Below are positions 49,294 through 61,200 of a stretch of DNA of 64,000 bases, piece after piece. A program made the position numbers and the translations under genes. The DNA is from Eledone cirrhosa. Its lineage: Eukaryota. The stretch spans positions 6,572,001 to 6,636,000 of the forward strand of contig OZ024740.1 of assembly GCA_964016885.1 (NCBI GenBank), written 5' to 3'. The stretch's first letter is position 1. The number at the start of each line of letters is the position of its first letter. Under the pieces are notes generated by a model that saw nothing but the letters and a program-made list of their open reading frames with translations, was not told the origin of the DNA and searched no databases.

Positions 49294-52200
49294 GATTGGC
49301 AGTATTGGTAGAGGGTCTGACACCATGTTAGGGTGGTGGATTGGTAGTATTGGTAGAGGGTCTGACACCATGGTAGGGGTGGATTGGTAGTATAAGTAGA
49401 GGGTCTGACACCATGTTAGGTGGTGGATTGGCAGTATTGGTAGAGGGTCTGACACCATGTTAGGTGGTGGATTGGTAGTATTGGTAGAGTGTCTGACACA
49501 ATGCTAGGGTGGCGGATTGGCAGTATTGGTAGAGGGTCTGACACCATGTTAGGGTGGCGGATTGGCAGTATTGGTAGAGGGTCTGACACCATGTTAGGGT
49601 GGTGGATTGGCAGTATTGGTAGAGGGTCTGACACCGTGTTAGGGTGGTGGATTGGTAGTATTGGTAGAGGGTCTGACACCATGTTAGGTGTTGGATTGGT
49701 AGTATTGGTAGAGGGTCTGACACCATGTTAGGTAGTGGATTGGCAGTATTGGTAGAGGGTCTGACACCATTTTACGGTGGCGGATTGGCAGTATTTGTAG
49801 AGGGTCTGACACCATGTTAGGGTGGTGGATTGGCAGTATTGGTAGCGGGTCTGACACCATGTTAGGGTGGTGGATTGGTAGTATAGGTAGAGGGTCTGAC
49901 ACCATGGTAGGGTTGTGGATTGGCAGTATAGGTAGAGGGTCTGACACCATGTTAGGGTGGCGGATTGGCAGTATTGGTAGAGGGTCTGACACCATGCTAG
50001 GGTGGTGGATTGGCAGTATTGGTAGAGGGTCTGACACCATGTTAGGTGGGGGATTGGCAGTATTGGTAGAGGGTCTGACACCATGGTAGAGTGGTAGATT
50101 GGCAGTATTGTTAGAGGGTCTGACACAATGCTAGGGTGGTGGATTGGCAGTATTGGTAGAGGGGCTGACACCATGTTAGGTGGTGGATTGGCAGTATTGG
50201 TAGAGGGTTTGACACAATGCTAGGGTGGTGGATTGGCAGTATAGTTAGAGGGTCTGACACCATGTTAGGGTGGTGGATTGGCAGTATTGGTAGAGGGTCT
50301 GACACCATGGTAGGGGTGGATTGGTAGTATAGGTAGAGGGTCTGACACAATGCTAGGGTGGCGGATTGGCAGTATTGGTAGAGGGTCTGACACCATGTTA
50401 GGGTGGTGGATTGGCAGTATTGTTAGAGGGTCTGACACCATGTTAGGGTGGCGGATTGGCAGTATTGGTAGAGGGTCTGACACCATGTTAGGGTGGTGGA
50501 TTGGTAGTATAGGTAGAGGGTCTGACACCATCTTAGGTGGTGGATTGGTAGTATTGGTAGAGGGTCTGACACCATGTTAGGGTGGCGGATTGGCAGTATT
50601 GGTAGAGGGTCTGACACCAAGCTAGGGTGGTGGATTGGCAGTATTGGTAGAGGGTCTGACACCAAGTTAGGTGGTGGATTGGCAGTATTGGTAGAGGGTC
50701 TGACACAACGCTAGGGTGGCGGATTAGCAGTATTGGTAGAGGGTCTGACACCATATTAGGTGGTGGATTGGTAGTATTGGTAGAGGGTCTGACACCATGT
50801 TAGGTGGTGGATTGGCAGTATAGGTAGAGGTTCTGACACAATGCTAGGGTGGCGGATAGGCAGTATTGGTAGAGGGTCTGACACCATGTTAGGGTGGTGG
50901 ATTGGCAGTATTGGTAGAGGGTCTGACACCATGTTAGGGTGGCGGATTGGCAGTATTGGTAGGGGGTCTGACACCATGTTAGGGTGGTGGATTGGCAGTA
51001 TTGGTAGAGGGTCTGATACCATGTTAGGGTGGTGGATTGGTAGTATAGGTAGAGGGTCTGACACCATTGTAGGGTGGTGGATTGGCAATATTGGTAGAGA
51101 TCTGACACCATGTTAGGTGGTGGATTGGTAGTATTGGTAGAGGGTCTGACACCATGGTAGGTGGTGGATTGGTAGTATTGGTAGAGGGTCTGACACCATG
51201 TTCGGTGGTGGATTGGTAGTATTGGTAGAGGGTCTGACACCTTGTTAGGGTGGAGGATTGGCAGTATTGGTAGAGGGTCTGACACCATGGTAGGGTGGTG
51301 GATTGGCAGTATTGTTAGAGGTTCTGGCACCATGTTAGGTGGTGGATTGGCAGTATTGGTAGAGGGTCAGACGCCATGGGTGGTGGATTGGCAGTATTGG
51401 TAGAGGGTCTAACACCATGTTAGGGTGGTGGATGGTAGTATAGGTAGAGGGTCTGACACCGTGTTAGGTGGTGGATTGGCAGTATTGGTAGAGGGCCTGA
51501 CACAATGCTAGGGTGGTGGATTGGCAGTATTGGTAAAGGGTCTGACACCATGTTAGGTGGTGGATTAGCAGTATTGGTAGATGGTCAGACGCCATGGGTG
51601 TTGGATTGGCAGCATTGGTAGAGGGTCTGACACCATGTTAGGGTGGTGGATTGGTAGTATTGGTAGAGGGTCTGACACCATGGTAGGGGGTGGATTGGTA
51701 GTATAGGTAGAGGGTCTGACACAATGCTAGGGTGGCGGATTGGCAGTATTGGTAGAGGGTCTGACACCATGTTAGGGTGGTGGATTGGCAGTATTGGTAG
51801 AGGGTCTGACACCATTTTAGGGTGGCGGATTTGCAGTATTGGTAAAGGGTCTGACACCATGTTAGGATGGTGGATTGGCAGTATTAGTAGAGGGTCTGAT
51901 ACCATGTTAGGGTGGTGGATTGGCAGTATTGGTAGAGGGTCTGACACCATGTTAGGGTGGCGGATTGGCAGTATTGGTAGAGGGTCTGACACCATGTTAC
52001 GGTGGTGGATTGGCAGTATTGGTAGAGGGTCTGATATCATGTTAGGGTGGTTGATTGGTAGTATAGGTAGAGGGTCTGACACCATGGTAGGGTGGCAGAT
52101 TGGCAGTATTGGTAGAGGGTCTGACACAATGTTAGGGTGGTGGATTGGCAGTATTGGTAGAGGGTCTGACATCATGTTAGGGTGGTGGATTGGTAGTATA

Positions 52201-55200
52201 GGTAGAGGTTTTGACACCATTGTAGGGTGGTGGATTGGCAATATTGGTAGAGCGTCTCACACCATGTTAGGGTGGCGGATTGGCAGTATTGGTAGAGGGT
52301 CTGACACCATGTTAGGGTGGAGGATTGGCAATATTGGTAGAGGTTCTGACACCATGGTAGGTGGTGGATTGGCAGTATTGGTAGAGGGTCTGACACCATG
52401 TTAGGGTGGTGGAGTGGTAGTATAGGTAGAGGGTCTGACACCATCTTAGGTGGTGGATTGGTAGTATTGGTAGATCGTCTGACACCATGTTAGGGTGGTG
52501 GATTGGTAGTATATGTAGAGGGCCTGACACCATCTTAGGTGGTGGATTGGTAGTATTGGTAGAGGGTCTGACACCATCTTAGGTGGTGGATTGGCAGTAT
52601 TGGTAGAGTGTCTGACACAATGCTAGGGTGGTGGATTGGCAGTATTGTTAGAGGGGCTAACACCATGTTAGGTGGTGGATTGGCAGTATTTGTAGAGGGT
52701 CTGACACAATGCTAGGGTTGTGGATTGGCAGTATTGGTAGAGGGGCTGACACCATTTTAGGTGGTGGATTGGCAGTATTGGTAGATGGTCAGACGCCATG
52801 GGTGGTGGATTGGCATTATTGGTAGAGGGTCTGACACCATGTTAGGGTGGTGGATTGGCAGTATAGGTAGAGGGTCTGACACAATGCTAGGGTGGCGGAT
52901 TGGCATTATTGGTAGAGGGTCTGACACCATGTTAGGTGGTGGATTGGCAGTATTGGTAGAGGGTCTGACACAATGCTAGGGTGGTGGATTGGCAGTATTG
53001 GTAAAGGGGCTGACAACATGTTAGGTGGTGGATTGGCAGTATTGGTAGAGGGTCTGACACAATGCTAGGGTGGTGGATTGGCAGTATTGTAGAGGGTCTG
53101 ACACAATGCTAGGTTGGTGGATTGGCAGTATTGGTAGAGGGTCTGACACCATGTTAGGGTGGTGGATTGGTAGTATTGGTAGTGGGTCTGACACCATGGT
53201 AGGGGTGGATTGGTAGTATAAGTAGAGGGTCTGACACCATGTTAGGTGGTGGATTGGCAGTATTGGTAGAGGGTCTGACACCATGTTAGGTGGTGGATTG
53301 GTAGTATTGGTAGAGTGTCTGACACAATGCTAGGGTGGCGGATTGGCAGTATTGGTAGAGGGTCTGACACCATGTTAGGGTGGCGGATTGGCAGTATTGG
53401 TAGAGGGTCTGACACCATGTTAGGGTGGTGGATTGGCAGTATTGGTAGAGGGTCTGACACCGTGTTAGGGTGGTGGATTGGTAGTATTGGTAGAGGGTCT
53501 GACACCATGTTAGGTGTTGGATTGGTAGTATTGGTAGAGGGTCTGACACCATGTTAGTTAGTGGATTGGCAGTATTGGTAGAGGGTCTGACACCATTTTA
53601 CGGTGGCGGATTGGCAGTATTTGTAGAGGGTCTGACACCATGTTAGGGTGGTGGATTGGCAGTATTGGTAGCGGGTCTGACACCATGTTAGGTGGTGGAT
53701 TGGCAGTATTGGTAGGGGGTCTGACACCATTTTACGGTGGCGGATTGGCAGTATTTGTAGAGGGTCTGACACCATGTTAGGGTGGCAGATTGGCAGTATT
53801 GGTAGGGGGTCTGACGCCATGTTAGGGTGGTGGATTGGTAGTAACAGGTAGAGGGTCTGACACCATGGTAGGGTTGTGGATTGGCAGTATAGGTAGAGGG
53901 TCTGACACCATGTTAGGGTGGCGGATTGGCAGTATTGGTAGAGGGTCTGACACCATGCTAGGGTGGTGGATTGGCAGTATTGGTAGAGGGTCTGACACCA
54001 TGTTAGGTGGGGGATTGGCAGTATTGGTAGAGGGTCTGACACCATGGTAGAGTGGTAGATTGGCAGTATTGTTAGAGGGTCTGACACAATGCTAGGGTGG
54101 TGGATTGGCAGTATTGGTAGAGGGGCTGACACCATGTTAGGTGGTGGATTGGCAGTATTGGTAGAGGGTTTGACACAATGCTAGGGTGGTGGATTGGCAG
54201 TATAGTTAGAGGGTCTGACACCATGTTAGGGTGGTGGATTGGCAGTATTGGTAGAGGGTCTGACACCATGGTAGGGGTGGATTGGTAGTATAGGTAGAGG
54301 GTCTGACACAATGCTAGGGTGGCGGATTGGCAGTATTGGTAGAGGGTCTGACACCATGTTAGGGTGGTGGATTGGCAGTATTGTTAGAGGGTCTGACACC
54401 ATGTTAGGGTGGCGGATTGGCAGTATTGGTAGAGGGTCTGACACCATGTTAGGGTGGTGGATTGGTAGTACAGGTAGAGGGTCTGACACCATCTTAGGTG
54501 GTGGATTGGTAGTATTGGTAGAGGGTCTGACACCATGTTAGGGTGGCGGATTGGCAGTATTGGTAGAGGGTCTGACACCAAGCTAGGGTGGTGGATTGGC
54601 AGTATTGGTAGAGGGTCTGACACCAAGTTAGGTGGTGGATTGGCAGTATTGGTAGAGGGTCTGACACAACGCTAGGGTGGCGGATTAGCAGTATTGGTAG
54701 AGGGTCTGACACCATATTAGGTGGTGGATTGGTAGTATTGGTAGAGGGTCTGACACCATGTTAGGTGGTGGATTGGCAGTATTGGTAGCGGGTCTGACAC
54801 CATGTTAGAGTGGTGGATTAGTAGTATAGGTAGAGGGTCTGACACCATGGTAGGGTTGTGGATTGGCAGTATAGGTAGAGGGTCTGACACCATGTTAGGG
54901 TGGCGGATTGGCAGTATTGGTAGAGGGTCTGACACCATGCTAGGGTGGTGGATTGGCAGTATTGGTAGAGGGTCTGACACCATGTTAGGGTGGTGGATTG
55001 GCAGTATTGGTAGAGGGTCTGCCACCATGCTAGGGTGGTGGATTGGCAGTATTGGTAGAGGGTCTGACACCATGTTAGGGTGGTGGATTGGCAGTATTGG
55101 TAGAGGGTCTGACATCATGCTAGGTGGTGGATTGTTAGTATTGGTAGAGGGTCTGACACCATGTTAGGTGGTGGATTGGCAGTATAGGTAGAGGTTCTGA

Positions 55201-58200
55201 CACAATGCTAGGGTGGCGGATTGGCAGTATTGGTAGAGGGTCTGACACCATGTTAGGGTCGTGGATTGGCAGTATTGGTAGAGGGTCTGACACCATGTTA
55301 GGGTGGCGGATTGGCAGTATTGGTAGAGGGTCTGACACCATGTTAGGGTGGTGGATTGGCAGTATTGGTAGAGGGTCTGATACCATGTTAGGGTGGTGGA
55401 TTGGTAGTATAGGTAGAGGGTCTGACACCATTGTAGGGTGGTGGATTGGCAATATTGGTAGAGATCTGACACCATGTTAGGGTGGTGGATTGGCAGTATT
55501 GGTAGAGGGTCTGACACCATGTTAGGCTGGAGGATTGGCAGTATTGGTAGAGGGTCTGACACCATGGTAGGGTGGTGGATTGGCAGTATTGTTAGAGGTT
55601 CTGGCACCATGTTAGGTGGTGGATTGGCAGTATTGGTAGAGGGTCTGACACCATGTTAGGGTGGTGGATTGGCAGTATTGTTAGAGGGTCTAACACCATG
55701 TTAGGGTGGTGGATGGTAGTATAGGTAGAGGGTCTGACACCATGTTAGGTGGTGGATTGGCAGTATTGGTAGAGGGCCTGACACAATGCTAGGGTGGTGG
55801 ATTGGCAGTATTGTTAGAGGGGCTAACACCATGTTAGGTGGTGGATTGGCAGTATTGGTAGAGGGTCTGACACCATGTTAGGTGGTGGATTAGCAGTATT
55901 GGTAGATGGTTAGACGCCATGGGTGGTGGATTGGTAGTATTGGTAGAGGATCTGACACCATGGTAGGGGGTGGATTGGTAGTATAGGTAGAGGGTCTGAC
56001 ACCATTGTAGGGTGGCAGATTGGCAGTATTGGTAGAGGGTCTGACACAATGTTAGGGTGGTGGATTGGCAGTATTGGTAGAGGGTCTGACATCATGTTAG
56101 GGTGGTGGATTGGTAGTATAGGTAGAGGTTTTGACACCATTGTAGGGTGGTGGATTGGCAATATTGGTAGAGGGTCTAACACCATGTTAGGGTGGCGGAT
56201 TGGCAGTATTGGTAGAGGGTCTGACACCATGTTAGGGTGGAGGATTGGCAATATTGGTAGAGCTTCTGACACCATGGTAGGTGGTGGATTGGCAGTGTTT
56301 ATAGAGGGTCTGACACCATGGTAGGCTGGTGGATTGGTAGTATTGGTAGAGGGTCTGACACCATGTTAGGGTGGTGGAGTGGTAGTATAGGTAGAGGGTC
56401 TGACACCATCTTAGGTGGTGGATTTGTAGTATTGGTAGAGGGTCTGACACCATCTTAGGTGGTGGATTGGCAGTATTGGTAGAGGGTCTGACACAATGCT
56501 AGGGTGGTGGATTGGCAGTATTGTTAGAGGGGCTAACACCATGTTAGGTGGTGGATTGGCAGTATTTGTAGAGGGTCTGACACAATGCTAGGGTTGTGGA
56601 TTGGCAGTATTGGTAGAGGGGCTGACACCATTTTAGGTGGTGGATTGGCAGTATTGGTAGAGGGTCTAACACCATGTTAGGGTGGTGGATGGTAGTATAG
56701 GTAGAGGGTCTGACACCATGTTAGGGTGGTGGATTGGCAGTATTGGTAGAGGGTCTAACACCATGTTAGGGTGGTGGATGGTAGTATAGGTAGAGGGTCT
56801 GACACCATGTTAGGTGGTGGATTGGCAGTATTGGTAGAGGGCCTGACACAATGCTAGGGTGGTGGATTGGCAGTATTGGTAGAGGGTCTGACACCATGTT
56901 AGGTGGTGGATTAGCAGTACTGGTAGATGGTCAGACGCCATGGGTGGTGGATTGGCAGCATTGGTAGAGGGTCTGACACCATGTTAGGGTGGTGGTTTGG
57001 TAGTATTGGTAGAGGGTCTGACACCATGGTAGGGGGTGGATTGGTAGTATAGGTAGAGGGTCTGACACTATGCTAGGGTGGCGGATTGGCAGTATTGGTA
57101 GAGGGTCTGACACCATGTTAGGGTGGTGGATTGGCAGTATTGGTAGAGGGTCTGATATCATGTTAGGGTGGTTGATTGGTAGTATAGGTAGAGGGTCTGA
57201 CACCATGGTAGGGTGGCAGATTGGCAGTATTGGTAGAGGGTCTGACACAATGTTAGGGTGGTGGATTGGCAGTATTGGTAGAGGGTCTGACATCATGTTA
57301 GGGTGGTGGATTGGTAGTATAGGTAGAGGTTTTGACACCATTGTAGGGTGGTGGATTGGCAATATTGGTAGAGGGTCTCACACCATGTTAGGGTGGCGGA
57401 TTGGCAGTATTGGTAGAGGGTCTGACACCATGTTAGGGTGGAGGATTGGCAATATTGGTAGAGGTTCTGACACCATGGTAGGTGTTGGATTGGAAGTGTT
57501 TATAGAGGGTCTGACACCATGGTAGGCTGGTGGATTGGTAGTATTGGTAGAGGGTCTGACACCATGTTAGGGTGGTGGAGTGGTAGTATAGGTAGAGGGT
57601 CTGACACCATCTTAGGTGATGGATTGGTAGTATTGGTAGATCGTCTGACACCATGTTAGAGTGGTGGATTGGTAGTATAGGTAGAGGGTCTGACACCATC
57701 TTAGGTGGTGGATTGGTAGTATTGGTAGAGGGTCTGACACCATCTTAGGTGGTGGATTGGCAGTATTGGTAGAGGGTCTGACACAATGCTAGGGTGGTGG
57801 ATTGGCAGTATTGTTAGAGGGGCTAACACCATGTTAGGTGGTGGATTGGCAGTATTTGTAGAGGGTCTGACACAATGCTAGGGTTGTGGATTGGCAGTAT
57901 TGGTAGAGGGGCTGACACCATTTTAGGTGGTGGATTGGCAGTATTGGTAGAGGGTCAGACGCCATGGGTGGTGGATTGGCATTATTGGTAGAGGGTCTGA
58001 CACCATGTTAGGGTGGTGGATTGGCAGTATAGGTAGAGGGTCTGACACCATGTTAGGGTGGTGGATTGGTAGTATAGGTAGAGGGTCTGACACAATGCTA
58101 GGGTGGCGGATTGGCAGTATTGGTAGAGGGTCTGACACCATGTTAGGGTGGTGGATTTGCAGTATTGGTAGAGGGTCTGACACCATTTTAGGGTGGTGGA

Positions 58201-61200
58201 TTGGCAGTATTGGTAGAGGGTCTGACATCATGTTAGGGTGGTGGATTGGTAGTATAGGTAGAGGGTCTGACACCATGGTAGGTGATGGATTGGTAGTTTT
58301 GGTAGAGGGTCTGACACCATGTTAGGTGGTGGATTGGTAGTATTAGTAGAGGGTCTGACACCATGTTAGGTGGTGGATTTGTAGTATTGGTAGAGGGTCT
58401 GACACCATGGTAGGGTGGTGGATTGGCAGTATAGGTAGAGGGTCTGACACCATGTTAGTGTGGTGGATTGGCAGTATAGGTAGAGGGTCTGACACCATGT
58501 TAGGGTGGTGGATTGGCAGTATTGGTAGAGGGTCTGATACCATGCTAGGTGGTGGATTGTTAGTATTGGTAGAGGGTCTGACACCATGTTAGGTGGTGGA
58601 TTGGCAGTATAGGTAGAGGGTCTGACACCATGTTAGGGTGGTGAATTGGCAGTATTGGTAGAGGGTCTGACACCATGTTAGGGTGGCGGATTGGCAGTAT
58701 TGGTTGAGGGTCTGACACCATGTTAGGGTGGCGGATTGGCAGTATTGGTAGAGGTTCTGACACCATGTTAGGGTGGTGGATTGGCAGTATTGGTAGAGGG
58801 TCTGATACCATGTTAGGGTGGTGGATTGGTAGTATAGGTAGTGGGTCTGACACGATTGTAGGGTGGTGGATTGGCAATATTGGTAGAGATCTGACACCAT
58901 GTTAGGTGGTGGATTGGTAGTATTGGTAGAGGGTCTGACACCATGGTAGGTGGTGGATTGGTAGTATTGGTAGAGGGTCTGACACCATGTTAGGTGGTGG
59001 ATTGGTAGTATTGGTAGAGGGTCTGACACCATGTTAGGGTGGAGGATTGGCAGTATTGGTAGAGGGTCTGACACCATGGTAGAGTGGTGGATTGGCAGTA
59101 TTGTTAGAGGGTCTGGCACCATGTTAGGTGGTGGATTGGCAGTATTGGTAGAGGGTCAGACGCCATGGGTGGTGGATTGGCAGTATTGGTAGAGGGTCTG
59201 ACACCATGTTAGGGTGGTGGATTGGTAGTATTGGTAGAGGGTCTGACACCATGGTAGGGGGTGGATTGGTAGTATAGGTAGAGGGTCTGACACAATGCTA
59301 GGGTGGCGGATTGGCAGTATTGGTAGAGGGTCTGACACCATGTTAGGGTGGTGGATTGGCAGTATTGGTAGAGAGTCTGACACCATTTTAGGGTGGCAGA
59401 TTTGCAGTATTGGTAGAGGGTCTGACACCATGTTAGGGTGGTGGATTGGCAGTATTGGTAGAGGGTCTGATACCATGTTAGGGTGGTGGATTGGCAGTAT
59501 TGGTAGAGGGTCTGACACCATGTTATGGTGGCGGATTGGCAGTATTGGTAGAGGGTCTGACACCATGTTACGGTGGTGGATTGGCAGTATTGGTAGAGGG
59601 TCTGACATCATGTTAGGGTGGTGGATTGGTAGTATAGGTAGAGGGTCTGACACCATGGTGGTGGTGGATTGGTAGTATTAGTAGAGGGTCTGACACCATG
59701 TTAGGTGGTGGATTGGTAGTATTGGTAGAGGGTCTGACACCATGGTAGGTGGTGGATTGGTAGTATTGGTAGAGGGTCTGACACCATGTTAGGTGGTGTA
59801 TTGGTAGTATTGGTAGAGGGTCTGACACCATGTTAGGGTGGAGGATTGGCAGTATTGGGAGAGGGTCTGACACCATGTTAGGGTTGTGGATTGGCAGTAT
59901 TGGTAGAGGGTCTGACACCATGTTAAGGTGGCAGATTGGCAGTATTGGTAGAGGGTCTGACACGATGTTAGGGTGGTGGATTGGCAGTATTGGTAGAGGG
60001 TCTGACATCATGTTAGGGTGGTGGATTGGTAGTATAGGTAGAGATTCTGACACCAAGGTAGGGTGGTGGATTGGCAATATTGGTAGAGGGTCTCACACCA
60101 TGTTAGGGTGGCGGATTGGCAGTATTGGTAGAGGTTCTGACACCTTGTTAAGGTGGAGGATTGGCAATATTGGTATAGGGTCTGACACCATGGTAGGAGG
60201 TGGATTGGCAGTGTTTGTAGAGGGTCTGACACCATGGTAGAGTGGTAGATTGGTAGTATTGGTAGAGGGTCTGACACCATGTTAGGGTGGTGGAGTGGTA
60301 GTATAGATAGAGGGTCTGACACCATCTTAGGTGGAGGATTGGTAGTATTGGTAGATCCTCTGAAACCATGTTAGGGTGGTGGAGTGGTAGTATAGGTAGA
60401 GGGTCTGACACCATCTTAGGTGGTGGATTGGTAGTATTGGTAGAGGGTCTGACACCATGTTAGGTGGTGGATTGGCAGTATTGGTAGAGGGTCTGACACA
60501 ATGCTAGGGTGGTGGATTGGCAGTATTGTTAGAGGGGCTAACACCATGTTAGGTGGTGGATTGGCAGTATTGGTAGAGGGTCTGACACAATGCTAGGGTT
60601 GTGGATTGGCAGTATCGGTAGAGGGTCTGACACCATGTTAGGGTGGTGGATTGGCAGTATAGGTAGAGGGTCTGACACCATGTTAGGGTGGTGGATTGGT
60701 AGTATTGGTAGAGGGTCTGACACATGGTAGGGGGTGGATTGGTAGTATAGGTAGAGGGTCTGAAACAATGCTAGGGTGGCGGATTGGCAGTATTGGTAGA
60801 GGGTCAGACACCATGTTAGGGTGGTGGATTTGCAGTATTGGTAGAGGGTCTGACACCATTTTAGGGTGGCGGATTGGCAGTATTGGTAGAGAGTCTGATA
60901 ACCTTGTTAGGGTGGTGGATTGGCAGTATTGGTAGAGGGTCTGATACCATGTTAGGGTGGTGAATTGGCAGTATTGGTAGAGGGTCTGACACAATGTTAG
61001 GGTGGTGGATTGGCAGTATTGATAGAGGGTCTGATACCATGTTAGGGTGGTGGATGGGCAGTATTGGTAGAAGGTCTCACATTATTTTAGGGTGGTGGAT
61101 TGGTAGTATAGGTAGAGGGTCTGACACCATGGTAGGGTGGTGGATTGGCAATAATGGTAGAGGGTCTGACACCATGTTAGGTGGTGGATTGGTAGTATTA

